Sequence record: OM337876.1
Strand: one strand, 5' to 3'
Origin: Klebsiella phage KP182
DNA: 64,000 nt
The first letter of the stretch is position 1, and each line of letters opens with the position of its first letter. This document shows, in pieces, positions 9,582 through 18,319 of this stretch. The notes under the pieces were generated by a model that ran no database searches, was not told the origin of the DNA, and saw nothing but the letters and a program-made list of their open reading frames with translations. Position numbers and translations under genes: made by a program.

Positions 9582-10339
9582 TACATTTTACCTCTCAAAA
9601 GTTGGAAGAAGGACGCAGTCAATGGAAGACCTTTTTTCAATTTTAACTTATCTAACATTGAGCATTTTTCTAACCGACGAAGTGAGCTAACAATTAACCG
9701 TATTGATTGTACACGGATTTCAGCATCTGACGGACGATTCGGAACTGACGCTAAAATAGCAGATAACTTACGCTCAACTTTAGCTAATTCAGATTTACCA
9801 CCGCTGATACGAGTTCTCAATGCATTAATAAGTTCTAAATCAGCCGAGGTTGCAGTTCCATTCTTTTCTTTTTGCACAAATTGAGAAAGATGATTTTCAC
9901 GATTGTGTAAGTTAGTTTTAATTGATGCGATAGTTTTTTCATACTCACGAATCTTTTCCCAACGAGACGCTTCTTTATCACTTGTAGGTTTAACAGAATC
10001 AGAAGAGCGAACTATGCGTGCCGCAATTTCATTCGCTTTTCGTTCAAGGTCTTCAATCGTGTTATTTCCACGCAATGCATTATACTTTTGTTTAACAGGA
10101 ATAACATTACCCATCACATATCCCAAGTCATTGTTCCAACGCTCGAGCGTCATGCTGTCAGGATGATTTCCTTTAGCAGTTCCAAACTTTTCGCCTGAGT
10201 ATGCACAGTGTGTCTGCTGCATGATGTTAAACAGATATTCTGGGGTGAGATTGAACTCCTTGTGCCGACGTTGAGCAGAACCTAAAGTTGTAATTAAACG
10301 AGTATAAACTTTAGCGGTTTCAGCAGTAAATTTCATCAT
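9581..10339 (-). CDS. srd: Srd-like protein (similarity-with-rpoD; host sigma/RNase E modulator)
   Basis: 252 aa; size and position (between dda.1 and mod) match T4 srd (~250 aa). Confidence 0.55.
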   Translation of the reverse strand: MMKFTAETAKVYTRLITTLGSAQRRHKEFNLTPEYLFNIMQQTHCAYSGEKFGTAKGNHPDSMTLERWNNDLGYVMGNVIPVKQKYNALRGNNTIEDLERKANEIAARIVRSSDSVKPTSDKEASRWEKIREYEKTIASIKTNLHNRENHLSQFVQKEKNGTATSADLELINALRTRISGGKSELAKVERKLSAILASVPNRPSDAEIRVQSIRLIVSSLRRLEKCSMLDKLKLKKGLPLTASFFQLLRGKM

Positions 10340-10416
10340 GTTTTCCTCAAAAATGCTTTCGTCTTACGGACGGTATAATGGGTCTAGGTCCCTAGTTCTA
10401 GATAATCACTAGTTGA

Positions 10417-11094
10417 CTAAGCTATAGTAACACTAAAGTAGTCCATAAGTAAACCAGATTTTTCAACTTTGTTATGATCCACCACTTTGAACTTAGTTCC
10501 CATCGGTAACATCCTTTCTTGTTCTTTATCAATCATCTCGATGTTAGCGCTTCTGCGCTGAGCAACGTTATCAATCAAATCATTTGGGCGAATGAATTCA
10601 GAATCCGGAGCAGTAATTAAAAGCGATTTCATGTTGGTATGATAATCAAATGATTGATGGCAATCATTGACTTCAATGACTACAAAGGTCGAGTAATGCC
10701 ATTTGCCTGCAAATTCTCGGGCAATTGTTTCATCTGTTGTGAATGATGCTACCTTTCCAAAGTCAAATTTCTCGCCTTTAATAAGGGCGTCATAAAATGC
10801 TTTAGCCTCACGACACGATAGACCTCTATAGAGAATGTCACTGTTATCAATTTGATGACGTCTAACGATAGAGTCAAGTTTCTTATGAAATTCTTCGCCA
10901 ATCTTATCGTTCATGCATTGCCACAGAATTGACTGTTCTTTGCAGTCAAAACGATTGGCTAACGCTTCCCATGCGCTTAAATCATACACAGGTAATCCTC
11001 TGTGCCGGCGCGCGGAATTCAGAATATCAATAGAATGAATGCTTTCTGCTAGCATAGCTTGTGGGTTTAATGAAATAGCCATGATATTCTCCAT
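10417..11094 (-). CDS. ModA/ModB-family mono-ADP-ribosyltransferase (single copy)
   Basis: 225 aa; R (YRGL), STT (SFTTDE) and EQE (ExE) motifs of R-S-E ARTs; position of T4 modA/modB. Confidence 0.65.
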   Translation of the reverse strand: MENIMAISLNPQAMLAESIHSIDILNSARRHRGLPVYDLSAWEALANRFDCKEQSILWQCMNDKIGEEFHKKLDSIVRRHQIDNSDILYRGLSCREAKAFYDALIKGEKFDFGKVASFTTDETIAREFAGKWHYSTFVVIEVNDCHQSFDYHTNMKSLLITAPDSEFIRPNDLIDNVAQRRSANIEMIDKEQERMLPMGTKFKVVDHNKVEKSGLLMDYFSVTIA

Positions 11095-11111
11095 TTTTGG
11101 TTACGAGAGGT

Positions 11112-11141
11112 ATCTTATCATGGCTTTTTGGAAGAGTAAAC
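11112..11141 (-). promoter_or_regulatory. T4-type early promoter GTTTAC-N18-TAAGAT upstream of the mod gene
   Basis: minus read AAAGTAGTTTACTCTTCCAAAAAGCCATGATAAGAT. Confidence 0.6.
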
Positions 11142-11341
11142 TACTTTGTGAAATTATTTTGCCCACGGAGACCAGGGCGGCGGGTCAGACCAGATTGAAG
11201 CTAGTTCATCTAGAAGAGCTTCTGGGGCTTTAATACCATACTTCTGTATAATTATACGGTATTCGTCTTTGATGTCCTTAGAAATCACTGGATGAACCTG
11301 AACCTCTTCCTGAGGCTCTTCCATCATTTCAAACAAATCCA

Positions 11342-11851
11342 TCACATGAACCACTCAGTATTGCGATACAGACAACCACTGTTGTTATATCCATCAGCCG
11401 CTTTTTGCAACAGCGGGCTTGGAGAAAGTTTGATAAAATCTGCGCCCATATATAACCAAACTAACTTAGTGAATTCTATTAGAGAATCTGCGCTATCAAT
11501 GATAATCTTTTTGCCTCTTGAAATTATGTCATTTTCGTATTCATATAAGCTAGTTTCATGACATACATTGGTGTATCCTTTCAAGTGGAGAGCATGCAGT
11601 ATAGAAACAGGACTTCCTGGAACTGTATCTACGTCAAAGACATGGGCAGTCTTAATAATGCCATAATCTTCAGAAGGACACCAACCAAACGCCTCGAATT
11701 TATTAACTAAGTCTTTGAAATCTTTATCGAATGTACTGTATAGAGCAACAGTAAAAATTCTATCTTGGTCTAGACGCAAAGCTCCTTTTGCGTCATTTCT
11801 TGATTGAACATTACGTTGTAAGCTTACTTTATAGATTTTTGCGTTTGCCAC
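11342..11851 (-). CDS. hypothetical protein
   Basis: 169-aa ORF, modA.x/soc.x region. Confidence 0.4.
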   Translation of the reverse strand: MANAKIYKVSLQRNVQSRNDAKGALRLDQDRIFTVALYSTFDKDFKDLVNKFEAFGWCPSEDYGIIKTAHVFDVDTVPGSPVSILHALHLKGYTNVCHETSLYEYENDIISRGKKIIIDSADSLIEFTKLVWLYMGADFIKLSPSPLLQKAADGYNNSGCLYRNTEWFM

Positions 11852-12065
11852 ACATAGCTCCTTCAGTCATGTTGTTGTCTTCAAACCACTTATCATTTGC
11901 TTTAATTAAAGCAGGCGCAGCTTTTAGTAATAACGCTGCAGCTCTTACACCTCTGTACCAACAATCAAAATGAGACTTCTTTAATGGTGATTGATACCAG
12001 GGCTTAGTATAACATATCATTTTGTTCTCCTCAGTTAGTAGGAATAATATACTATTCCCAATATA

Positions 12066-12091
12066 GCATAAAAGGACTCCCGAAGGAGTCC
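12066..12091 (-). terminator. intrinsic terminator GGACTCC-CGAA-GGAGTCC followed by a U-tract, downstream of soc
   Basis: 7-bp stem with UUCG-type loop; minus RNA continues UUUUAUGCUAUAUU. Confidence 0.7.
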
Positions 12092-12097
12092 TTAATT

Positions 12098-12334
12098 TTA
12101 TACTTCGCTGTCAGCCGGAACAGCTTCAAACATTTTCGCGTTGGTGGTTGCCCAAGTTGCAGCATCATCAACTACTGTTGAATAAGCGGCTTTTTCGGAT
12201 GGGAAAATCTGATACTGTGCATTAGCAATGCGATGTGAGTCAGAATATACCTTAAAAGCTACAGATACTTCAGTACCTTTAACCTCGCCATCAGCAGTTG
12301 TATGGTCAAAAGTTTTGATGTTTACGTAAGCCAT
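12098..12334 (-). CDS. soc: small outer capsid protein Soc
   Basis: 78 aa; YVNIKTF...VAF.VYSD.H.I..AQYQIFPSEKAAYSTV matches T4 Soc. Confidence 0.9.
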   Translation of the reverse strand: MAYVNIKTFDHTTADGEVKGTEVSVAFKVYSDSHRIANAQYQIFPSEKAAYSTVVDDAATWATTNAKMFEAVPADSEV

Positions 12335-12362
12335 TTTAATCTCCTATTTAGTTTACAGGAGT

Positions 12363-12370
12363 ATTTATAT
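12363..12370 (-). promoter_or_regulatory. late promoter TATAAATA for soc
   Basis: plus tatttata = minus TATAAATA, ~30 nt upstream of the soc ATG. Confidence 0.75.
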
Positions 12371-12427
12371 AGCTGCTGTAAGCGCCTTTAATATTTCTTT
12401 ATCAATTTCTCGAGTGATTTCTTCTCG

Positions 12428-12460
12428 AAGGGCCAATACTAAGGCCCTTTCTTTTTGCTT
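12428..12460 (+). terminator. terminator-like hairpin AAGGGCC-N8-GGCCCTT with the T-tract on the plus strand only
   Basis: 7-bp stem followed by TCTTTTTGCTTTCTG on the plus strand; not U-rich on the minus transcript. Confidence 0.4.
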
Positions 12461-12501
12461 TCTGATAATTTTTAAACGACGCTTAGATATTCTTTTAGCC
12501 A

Positions 12502-13023
12502 TCAGTAACCACTGTCTTGACGAGCAAAGTTCTCTGCGTTTTTCAGATAATACAGCTTAAAGATTTCTTCAGAATCCAGACCAAGCGCCATAAACATATT
12601 CAGAACAAAGTGCAGGATATCAATCATTTCAAATTTGATTTCAAGCTGGTCTTTATCAGACAGGTCTTTGATATAAGTTTCCTGCATCTTGACGTGGTCA
12701 GCTTTCCATGGTTTCCATACGGCAGATGCTGCCTTTTCACCGTTACTCATACCGCCAAGAGACGTCAGCAATTCGCGGAATTCGTCATCAATGTAATCTT
12801 TTTGGTTACGCAGCCACTGCACGATATCACCGGCTTGGGCCAATTCATCAGGATGCATGTTAGTACCAGGCTTGTCATTTGCAAGACGAACCTGAAGAGA
12901 TTTTTGCATATCAAGCATTACTTGCAGAGGGTCACCACCAACTTTGCGTACGATACCTGCGTATCGAGCTTCAGCTTTATCTGCACCAGCGATCAGTTGA
13001 CTACATTCGTTGAAATGTGGCAT
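12502..13023 (-). CDS. 56: dCTP pyrophosphatase (dCTPase/dUTPase, MazG-family)
   Basis: 173 aa; DPLQVMLDMQ...IDDEFRELLTSLG...AVWK.WKA...DQLEIKFE..D..HFVLNMF..LG...EEIFKLYYLKN.ENFARQD.GY nearly collinear with T4 gp56. Confidence 0.9.
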   Translation of the reverse strand: MPHFNECSQLIAGADKAEARYAGIVRKVGGDPLQVMLDMQKSLQVRLANDKPGTNMHPDELAQAGDIVQWLRNQKDYIDDEFRELLTSLGGMSNGEKAASAVWKPWKADHVKMQETYIKDLSDKDQLEIKFEMIDILHFVLNMFMALGLDSEEIFKLYYLKNAENFARQDSGY

Positions 13024-13069
13024 ATTATTTTTCCTTTCAATTAAATTAGATAAATATTATATCACTTAA

Positions 13070-13085
13070 CATAAATAGCAGGAGG
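13070..13085 (+). promoter_or_regulatory. near-consensus late promoter CATAAATA plus strong SD AGGAGG for the plus-strand ORF
   Basis: ttaaCATAAATAgcAGGAGGattcATG. Confidence 0.35.
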
Positions 13086-13089
13086 ATTC

Positions 13090-13281
13090 ATGTCTGAAGT
13101 GAAACGAGAATGTAAAGACAAAGGAGGATTTGGAAGATATCTTTACGTCGGAATCGCCACTGCTGCTTTAGCTGCATGGAATTATGTGGTAGTTCCATTA
13201 GCTAGCACACACGGGCTAGTTCTTCCTCCAATGCCGTTAGAAAAAGTTGTGTCGTTTATTATGACTGGAGGATTGCTTTAA
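13090..13281 (+). CDS. 63-aa single-pass membrane protein on the opposite strand, at the position where T4 carries dam
   Basis: strong AGGAGG SD 4 nt before the ATG; one hydrophobic helix LYVGIATAALAAWNYVVVPLA; followed by hairpin 13287-13300. Confidence 0.45.
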   Translation: MSEVKRECKDKGGFGRYLYVGIATAALAAWNYVVVPLASTHGLVLPPMPLEKVVSFIMTGGLL

Positions 13282-13285
13282 TTTA

Positions 13286-13301
13286 AGGGGCTTTGGCCCC
13301 T
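13286..13301. terminator. short GC hairpin AGGGGC-TTTG-GCCCCT between the convergent plus ORF and gene 61 (weak, possibly bidirectional)
   Basis: 6-bp stem; AT-rich flanks on both sides. Confidence 0.35.
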
Positions 13302-14322
13302 ATATCTTCGCATATTTGTCAAGACGCAATTTAGCCATTAAACCCTGCGATATATTTTGATTAATATAATCCGTTATTTCAGAAGCAGTTGCCCCCTCTT
13401 TCATAATCATATCATTTATATCTTTGCTTTTCCAAGGCGACTTATCCCAGAAAACTACCTTTTCGCCAGCATCTACTAAGCGTTTCATACGCTTAATTGT
13501 ATCAGGATGACGAGGTTCATGGTCCATAATCCATGCTCGGTTATCATGACATGGAACTTGAGCTAAATCTAAAGACCCGCCAGTGATTGCAATAGCGTTA
13601 TCAATGAACAACGAATCTATTGGTCCTTCCATGACGAATACGAGTTTTGACTCATCAATAGTGTCGAGACCATAAATTTTGGTCGCGTGTTCATGGGCTT
13701 TGATTGTGATGTATTTTTGTGGAGCATTCTTTCGTAGTGCTCGTCCTTGAAACGACTCAATCTCTCCTTTCTTGTTGAAGATAGGAATAACCAAACGTGG
13801 TTCGTTCGTCTCATTCTTATAGGTTCCTGGATTAACGGAGTTAACAAGAGAAGGCCATTGGTTAGTAAACCATAACCTTTTCCAAGAAGTGCTTGGAATA
13901 CATCTGGCAGTCACGTATTTAACTATCGGATGTTCCTTAGGAAGTCTATCTAATCGCTCACAGAAATTAAGTTTTTCTATTACTGGGAGTTTTGCATTAA
14001 TTTTCTCAGACGGTTCTACAGCCTTTGGCTTATCAAAGACTTGCTCCTTTCTTTTCTCAAGAAGATACTCTCGATAGAGATCGGGTTCATTATCTTTAAG
14101 ATATTGTGATAGCCACTTGTTATACTCACAGTTGAAGCAATGGCAGCGTAATCCTTGACCTGCATCAAAAATCCAGAATCGGGCTTTATTGATATCTTTC
14201 TGTGAGTCACCACAAATTGGGCAACGGCAGTTTAACTTGAATGTTGAAGATGTAGTAACGTGTCTAAATTTAGGTAGGTGAGATATTGCGCGGATAGCGA
14301 ATTCGTTATCAACCCATGACAT
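13300..14322 (-). CDS. 61: DNA primase (zinc-ribbon + TOPRIM)
   Basis: 340 aa; CRCPICGD...CHCFNC zinc ribbon; size and position match T4 gp61. Confidence 0.9.
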   Translation of the reverse strand: MSWVDNEFAIRAISHLPKFRHVTTSSTFKLNCRCPICGDSQKDINKARFWIFDAGQGLRCHCFNCEYNKWLSQYLKDNEPDLYREYLLEKRKEQVFDKPKAVEPSEKINAKLPVIEKLNFCERLDRLPKEHPIVKYVTARCIPSTSWKRLWFTNQWPSLVNSVNPGTYKNETNEPRLVIPIFNKKGEIESFQGRALRKNAPQKYITIKAHEHATKIYGLDTIDESKLVFVMEGPIDSLFIDNAIAITGGSLDLAQVPCHDNRAWIMDHEPRHPDTIKRMKRLVDAGEKVVFWDKSPWKSKDINDMIMKEGATASEITDYINQNISQGLMAKLRLDKYAKI

Positions 14323-14361
14323 ATTATATTCCTCTGGCCTTAAACTAATAAGGCCATTGTA

Positions 14362-14529
14362 TCACGTTTCAGGTTTTGATTTATCTCGCTTTTTCTTTGG
14401 GAGAGTTTCTGGGCCTTTATTTACTACTGCGCCCGAAGTAGTGCCTGATGCAATGTTCTGAGGATTACCGCCGGCATCGCCAGCAACCATTTCCTCATTA
14501 AGTTTAACAAACTCTTTAAATGTTTTCAT
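14362..14529 (-). CDS. 55-aa protein with a capsid-targeting-sequence-like N-terminus (MKTFKEFVKLNEE...), Gly/Ser-rich then Lys-rich tail
   Basis: hand-translated, GGAGG RBS; N-terminus resembles the MKTY(Q/K)EF(I/L) start of the internal-protein genes at 57890-59020. Confidence 0.4.
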   Translation of the reverse strand: MKTFKEFVKLNEEMVAGDAGGNPQNIASGTTSGAVVNKGPETLPKKKRDKSKPET

Positions 14530-14541
14530 AGAGCCTCCAAA

Positions 14542-14760
14542 CTATTTATTATTTCCACCATCAATACGAATACACTTGTACGTAGTGTAGACTGATGGTG
14601 AACCGAACCCGGAATCGGCTTTGATGCCAGTAAATTGTTTTCCCGCATCTTCACATTTCTGAGCCAGCGAAGACTCGTTCATTCCTGTGAATGATAACTT
14701 TTCAGTAGAAACACCGCCGGCACCAGTCATTATAGCCATTACTAATACGTATGTAATCAT
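14542..14760 (-). CDS. hypothetical small protein with hydrophobic N-terminus
   Basis: 72-aa ORF, 61.x region. Confidence 0.4.
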   Translation of the reverse strand: MITYVLVMAIMTGAGGVSTEKLSFTGMNESSLAQKCEDAGKQFTGIKADSGFGSPSVYTTYKCIRIDGGNNK

Positions 14761-15050
14761 CCGAGAATCCAGCTTGCAATTGTGAAGTTATCAAAATTAG
14801 CATCGCAGTACAGAGCATAGTTCAGTTTAATTGCTGCGCCATCATTGGAGATTTCTGCCTGAACTTCTTTCATCTTGCTTGGGTCAGTGTTATCAATGAT
14901 ATGACCTACATCAGCACGAATCTGCTCAGCAACATCTTTTTCATCTGCAGTCATTGACCATTCGCAGAGGTCTTTGTCATAGTTCGCCAGAGCGGGAACA
15001 GCAGAGCAACTTGATACTGCGAAGATTAAAGCAAGTACAATCTTTTTCAT
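14757..15050 (-). CDS. sp: Spackle periplasmic protein (superinfection exclusion / lysozyme-domain inhibitor)
   Basis: 97 aa from MKKIVLALIF...; ANYDKDLCEWSMTAD...LNYALYCDANF matches T4 Sp; signal peptide; start moved to the internal MKK with GAGGAAA RBS. Confidence 0.88.
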   Translation of the reverse strand: MKKIVLALIFAVSSCSAVPALANYDKDLCEWSMTADEKDVAEQIRADVGHIIDNTDPSKMKEVQAEISNDGAAIKLNYALYCDANFDNFTIASWILG

Positions 15051-15081
15051 TTTGTTTTCCTCAGTTTGTTTCAGTAAGGCC

Positions 15082-15111
15082 ATAGTAACATGGCCAAACT
15101 TAAAAGTAAAC
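15082..15111 (-). promoter_or_regulatory. early promoter GTTTAC-N18-TACTAT with spacer stem-loop GGCCATG...CATGGCC
   Basis: minus read AAAGATAGTTTACTTTTAAGTTTGGCCATGTTACTATGGCC. Confidence 0.65.
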
Positions 15112-15344
15112 TATCTTTTGAATAATTTTTCGAGGACTTCGTCGGATGTCAAATTCTTGGTTGGAAGGTATATCGCAGAGTTAACCCAGATACCTTCGTC
15201 ATTATATGCCTTAACTTCACCATAGTCATATGAAGATAAATCTGCTTTGTTGTAAGCTATGACTCCACGATGGACGCTATCAGACGCCGTCACCACAAAG
15301 GAGCGACCTGATTGGTCGCGAATTACGCTAAACACAAAAATCAT
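15111..15344 (-). CDS. Dmd-position protein (candidate antitoxin against RnlA/LsoA-type toxins)
   Basis: 77 aa; located between sp and gene 41 exactly as T4 dmd (61.5); sequence similarity not verified. Confidence 0.4.
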   Translation of the reverse strand: MIFVFSVIRDQSGRSFVVTASDSVHRGVIAYNKADLSSYDYGEVKAYNDEGIWVNSAIYLPTKNLTSDEVLEKLFKR

Positions 15345-15354
15345 AAAATTTACC

Positions 15355-16794
15355 CTAGAATTTTAATTCTTCTGCTAGAGCATCAAGCTTAGAACGTGAT
15401 ACTCGTTCTTGACGATTAGCTTCGGCTACACGGTTCTGTGCACCGGCACCTTCTCGGACGGTATTGCTTGGATTAGGCTTAGTTGGGTCGTTTTGCTGCT
15501 CAATTTCTACCCAACGCTGATTAGCCTTATGTACACCCATAGAGAACTTATTGTTGATGTTCTTATCACCGTAACGTGATTTAATCTGCTTAATTAATTG
15601 TTGCTTCATCTGAGCAAGTTCAGGGGTTTCAATCACAGCCAGCATAAAGTCTGCCGTAGCAGGTAGACCCGCAGATTCTGCAATATCACTCATGTCCATA
15701 TCAGAAGCATCCCACGCTGAACGACCTACCTGAGCTGCGGTCCAAAGAACAGTTTCAGATTCTACAGCCAATGCACGAAGTTCTTCTGCAATAGCTTTAA
15801 CTAACGTGTAACTGTTTTCAGTATATTGACGAATACGGCAAGAAGCACAAATACCAAGATAGTCAATGATGATAACAGTCGGTTTAAAGTTCTTCTTGAG
15901 TTTCAACTCATTCAGAAGAGCTCGGAATGTATTAGCGTTAGCACCGCCAGTCGGATACTGTTTAATGATTAAACGACCAAGAGTACTAGAACTACGCCAT
16001 TTTTCCATTTTGCCTTTATATTCGGCGTATGATACACAGCCATCATCAATATCGTCAAGTGATACATCAAGCAAATTAGCATCAATACGTTTAGCACAGA
16101 CTTCTTCTGCCATTTCCATACTGATGTAAAGAACGTTATGCCCCATCTGAAGATAATCTGCTGCTAAAGAACACAATCCTAACGATTTACCAACGTTTAC
16201 GCCTGCCATCAATACGTTCAGTGTACCAGTCTCGGCACCACCTTTAGTAATTTTGTTCAGAATGCTAAGTTTAAACGGAACTTTACGAGCTTTATTCTGG
16301 TATGATAACCAACGAGCTTCATAATCTTCCATCCAATCATGACCAATATAGCTATCAAACGATACTGATAACGCTTCACGCATGATATCAGGAATAGCCC
16401 CAATATCGGGAAGACGCTTATCGCGTTTATTTGGCTCAAGCTGGGCATTAGTCTGAATTTCAATAATTCGAGACGTTGCGTTATACATAGCCTTTTCTTG
16501 AACGTACTTCTCTGTTTCCTTAACTAACCAATTCAAATCTTCAGGAGCATCAGATAACTTATCAATAAGTTTCTTTGCACCTTCATGTTCCGTTTCAGTT
16601 ATAGACGAATTATCCAGTGCTACACATAACGCAGTCTTTGAAGGAATTGCTGTGTATTCATTAACGTGTTTCTTAATTATGTTAAACACCGTCTGAGCAG
16701 GTCCTTGCTCGAAGTACTCTTTGTCCATATATGGCCAAACCTTCGTAAAGAAAGCCTGGTTGTAAATCAGATTAGCTAAGATTGTTTCTACCAC
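15355..16794 (-). CDS. 41: replicative DNA helicase (DnaB family)
   Basis: 479 aa; GVNVGKS Walker A, RecA-like C-terminus; size and synteny match T4 gp41. Confidence 0.93.
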   Translation of the reverse strand: MVETILANLIYNQAFFTKVWPYMDKEYFEQGPAQTVFNIIKKHVNEYTAIPSKTALCVALDNSSITETEHEGAKKLIDKLSDAPEDLNWLVKETEKYVQEKAMYNATSRIIEIQTNAQLEPNKRDKRLPDIGAIPDIMREALSVSFDSYIGHDWMEDYEARWLSYQNKARKVPFKLSILNKITKGGAETGTLNVLMAGVNVGKSLGLCSLAADYLQMGHNVLYISMEMAEEVCAKRIDANLLDVSLDDIDDGCVSYAEYKGKMEKWRSSSTLGRLIIKQYPTGGANANTFRALLNELKLKKNFKPTVIIIDYLGICASCRIRQYTENSYTLVKAIAEELRALAVESETVLWTAAQVGRSAWDASDMDMSDIAESAGLPATADFMLAVIETPELAQMKQQLIKQIKSRYGDKNINNKFSMGVHKANQRWVEIEQQNDPTKPNPSNTVREGAGAQNRVAEANRQERVSRSKLDALAEELKF

Positions 16795-16803
16795 TTTAAC
16801 CTC

Positions 16804-17154
16804 TTAAAAGATTTTCCATAATGATTTTTTCTTGGTCTTTAATGCACTCTGGATTTGTTGTTTAACACAAGCTTCCACATGAGGATAAAGTTCATCCTTA
16901 TGAGCTTCAGATGGAGTACTAAACTCAATAGTTACTTCCCCCGAAGGAGAAATATTTAATTTATGAACATAAACCAAGTGTGATTGACCATTTAATTTTA
17001 TCACAATTTCTTGGATAACGGTCTTCATAGCTTCTTGGATTATTTCATGACTTTTCTTGAACACTCGTTCTTGACGCTCGAAGTCTCCCTCTTCCGAGGG
17101 AGATTCTTGTTCAAATTTCTCGAGTTCAGATTCTAAATCAAACTCAGTCTTCAT
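16804..17154 (-). CDS. 40: gp40-like head vertex assembly chaperone
   Basis: 116 aa between 41 and uvsX (T4 gp40 ~119 aa). Confidence 0.55.
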   Translation of the reverse strand: MKTEFDLESELEKFEQESPSEEGDFERQERVFKKSHEIIQEAMKTVIQEIVIKLNGQSHLVYVHKLNISPSGEVTIEFSTPSEAHKDELYPHVEACVKQQIQSALKTKKKSLWKIF

Positions 17155-18319
17155 TCATGAAGTTCTCTAATTCATCTTCAACTTCAGCAGCTGATACTGA
17201 ACCACTCTCGGGAAGTTTAACACCATCAACCTTAGTTGAAACTTTTGAGTTAATCATTTCTGCTACCGCTTCATCAACCGCAGCGTTTGAATCAATAGCA
17301 CCCAACTGATACCGAGCTTTGATAGCGTCACGGAATGGCTCATGCTTAAACAGAGGACCCCAAAATTCCGTACTGCTCGTATCTTTTGCCCGCCAGGATT
17401 TTTCTTCACGAATCATCTCACCGGTTTCAACATCCAGGAATTCTCGTGCATACCATCCGTTTTTCGGTTTAACCACAAATCCAATATCCAGAGCCATATC
17501 AAGCAGACCACTGTATGGATCGATACCGCCATCGAATTTAACATCGATGAAGAACTTACTTTTCTCTTTGACAGTACGTGATTTCTCAGCGTTCAGGACA
17601 AACTGATATCCCTCAAGCTCAGTACCATCTTTAATTTGACGTTTACCAATGATGAACACAGTATCCGCAGAATACATAGGACCTGTACCACCAGTCATTA
17701 CCGTCTTACTGAACATCTCGATAGTCTCGATTGTATGGTTAACCGCGACACAAGGAATGTTCTTAATAGAGAAGTAAGGAGTTACGATACGGAAGAGAGA
17801 CTTCAGACTTTTCGCACGAGTCATATCTGCGACAGATTTCTCGTTCAGAGCATCTTCGGTTTCCTTTTTAGACGCCATGTTACCAATAGAGTCGATAAAC
17901 ACGATGACTTTTTCACCACGCTCAATAGCTTCAAGCTGGTTAACCATATCGATTTTTAATTGTTCAACCGACTGAACCGGTGTATGAATTACACGGTCAG
18001 GGTCAACACCCATAGATTTCAGATAAGCTGGAGTGATACCAAATTCTGAATCATAGAACAAACAGACTGCATCAGGATACTTATTAAGATAAGCACTAAC
18101 CATTGTCAGAGACATGTTAGATTTGAAGTGTTTAGATGGACCTGCGAAGATAGTCAACCCGGACTGCATACCACCATCCAACGCTCCACTGATTGCGATA
18201 TTAAGCATCGGAATTTTAGTTCTAACTACATCTTTCTCGTTAAAGAATTTTGATTTAGTCAGTTCTGCTGTCATTTTAGAAGTGGATGCTTTAATCAGGC
18301 GAGATTTTAAGTCAGACAT
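17144..18319 (-). CDS. uvsX: UvsX recombinase (RecA homolog)
   Basis: 391 aa; >85% identity to the remembered T4 UvsX (MSDLKSRLIKASTSK...GPSK.FKSN...). Confidence 0.97.
   Translation of the reverse strand: MSDLKSRLIKASTSKMTAELTKSKFFNEKDVVRTKIPMLNIAISGALDGGMQSGLTIFAGPSKHFKSNMSLTMVSAYLNKYPDAVCLFYDSEFGITPAYLKSMGVDPDRVIHTPVQSVEQLKIDMVNQLEAIERGEKVIVFIDSIGNMASKKETEDALNEKSVADMTRAKSLKSLFRIVTPYFSIKNIPCVAVNHTIETIEMFSKTVMTGGTGPMYSADTVFIIGKRQIKDGTELEGYQFVLNAEKSRTVKEKSKFFIDVKFDGGIDPYSGLLDMALDIGFVVKPKNGWYAREFLDVETGEMIREEKSWRAKDTSSTEFWGPLFKHEPFRDAIKARYQLGAIDSNAAVDEAVAEMINSKVSTKVDGVKLPESGSVSAAEVEDELENFMNED

Noticed and set aside
12517-13044. Plus-strand ORFs of 175 aa (12517..13044), 223 aa (3989..4660), 180 aa (62207..62749) and similar
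   Set aside because: They lie antisense to well-supported minus-strand genes (56, 39, the PspA-like gene), lack RBSs, and their presence reflects local GC-richness or codon bias. Treated as artefacts.
14757-15083. Longer 108-aa form of Spackle starting at 15083
   Set aside because: The upstream ATG overlaps the -10 of an early promoter and lacks an RBS. The internal MKK start with a GAGGAAA RBS gives the canonical 97-aa signal-peptide protein.
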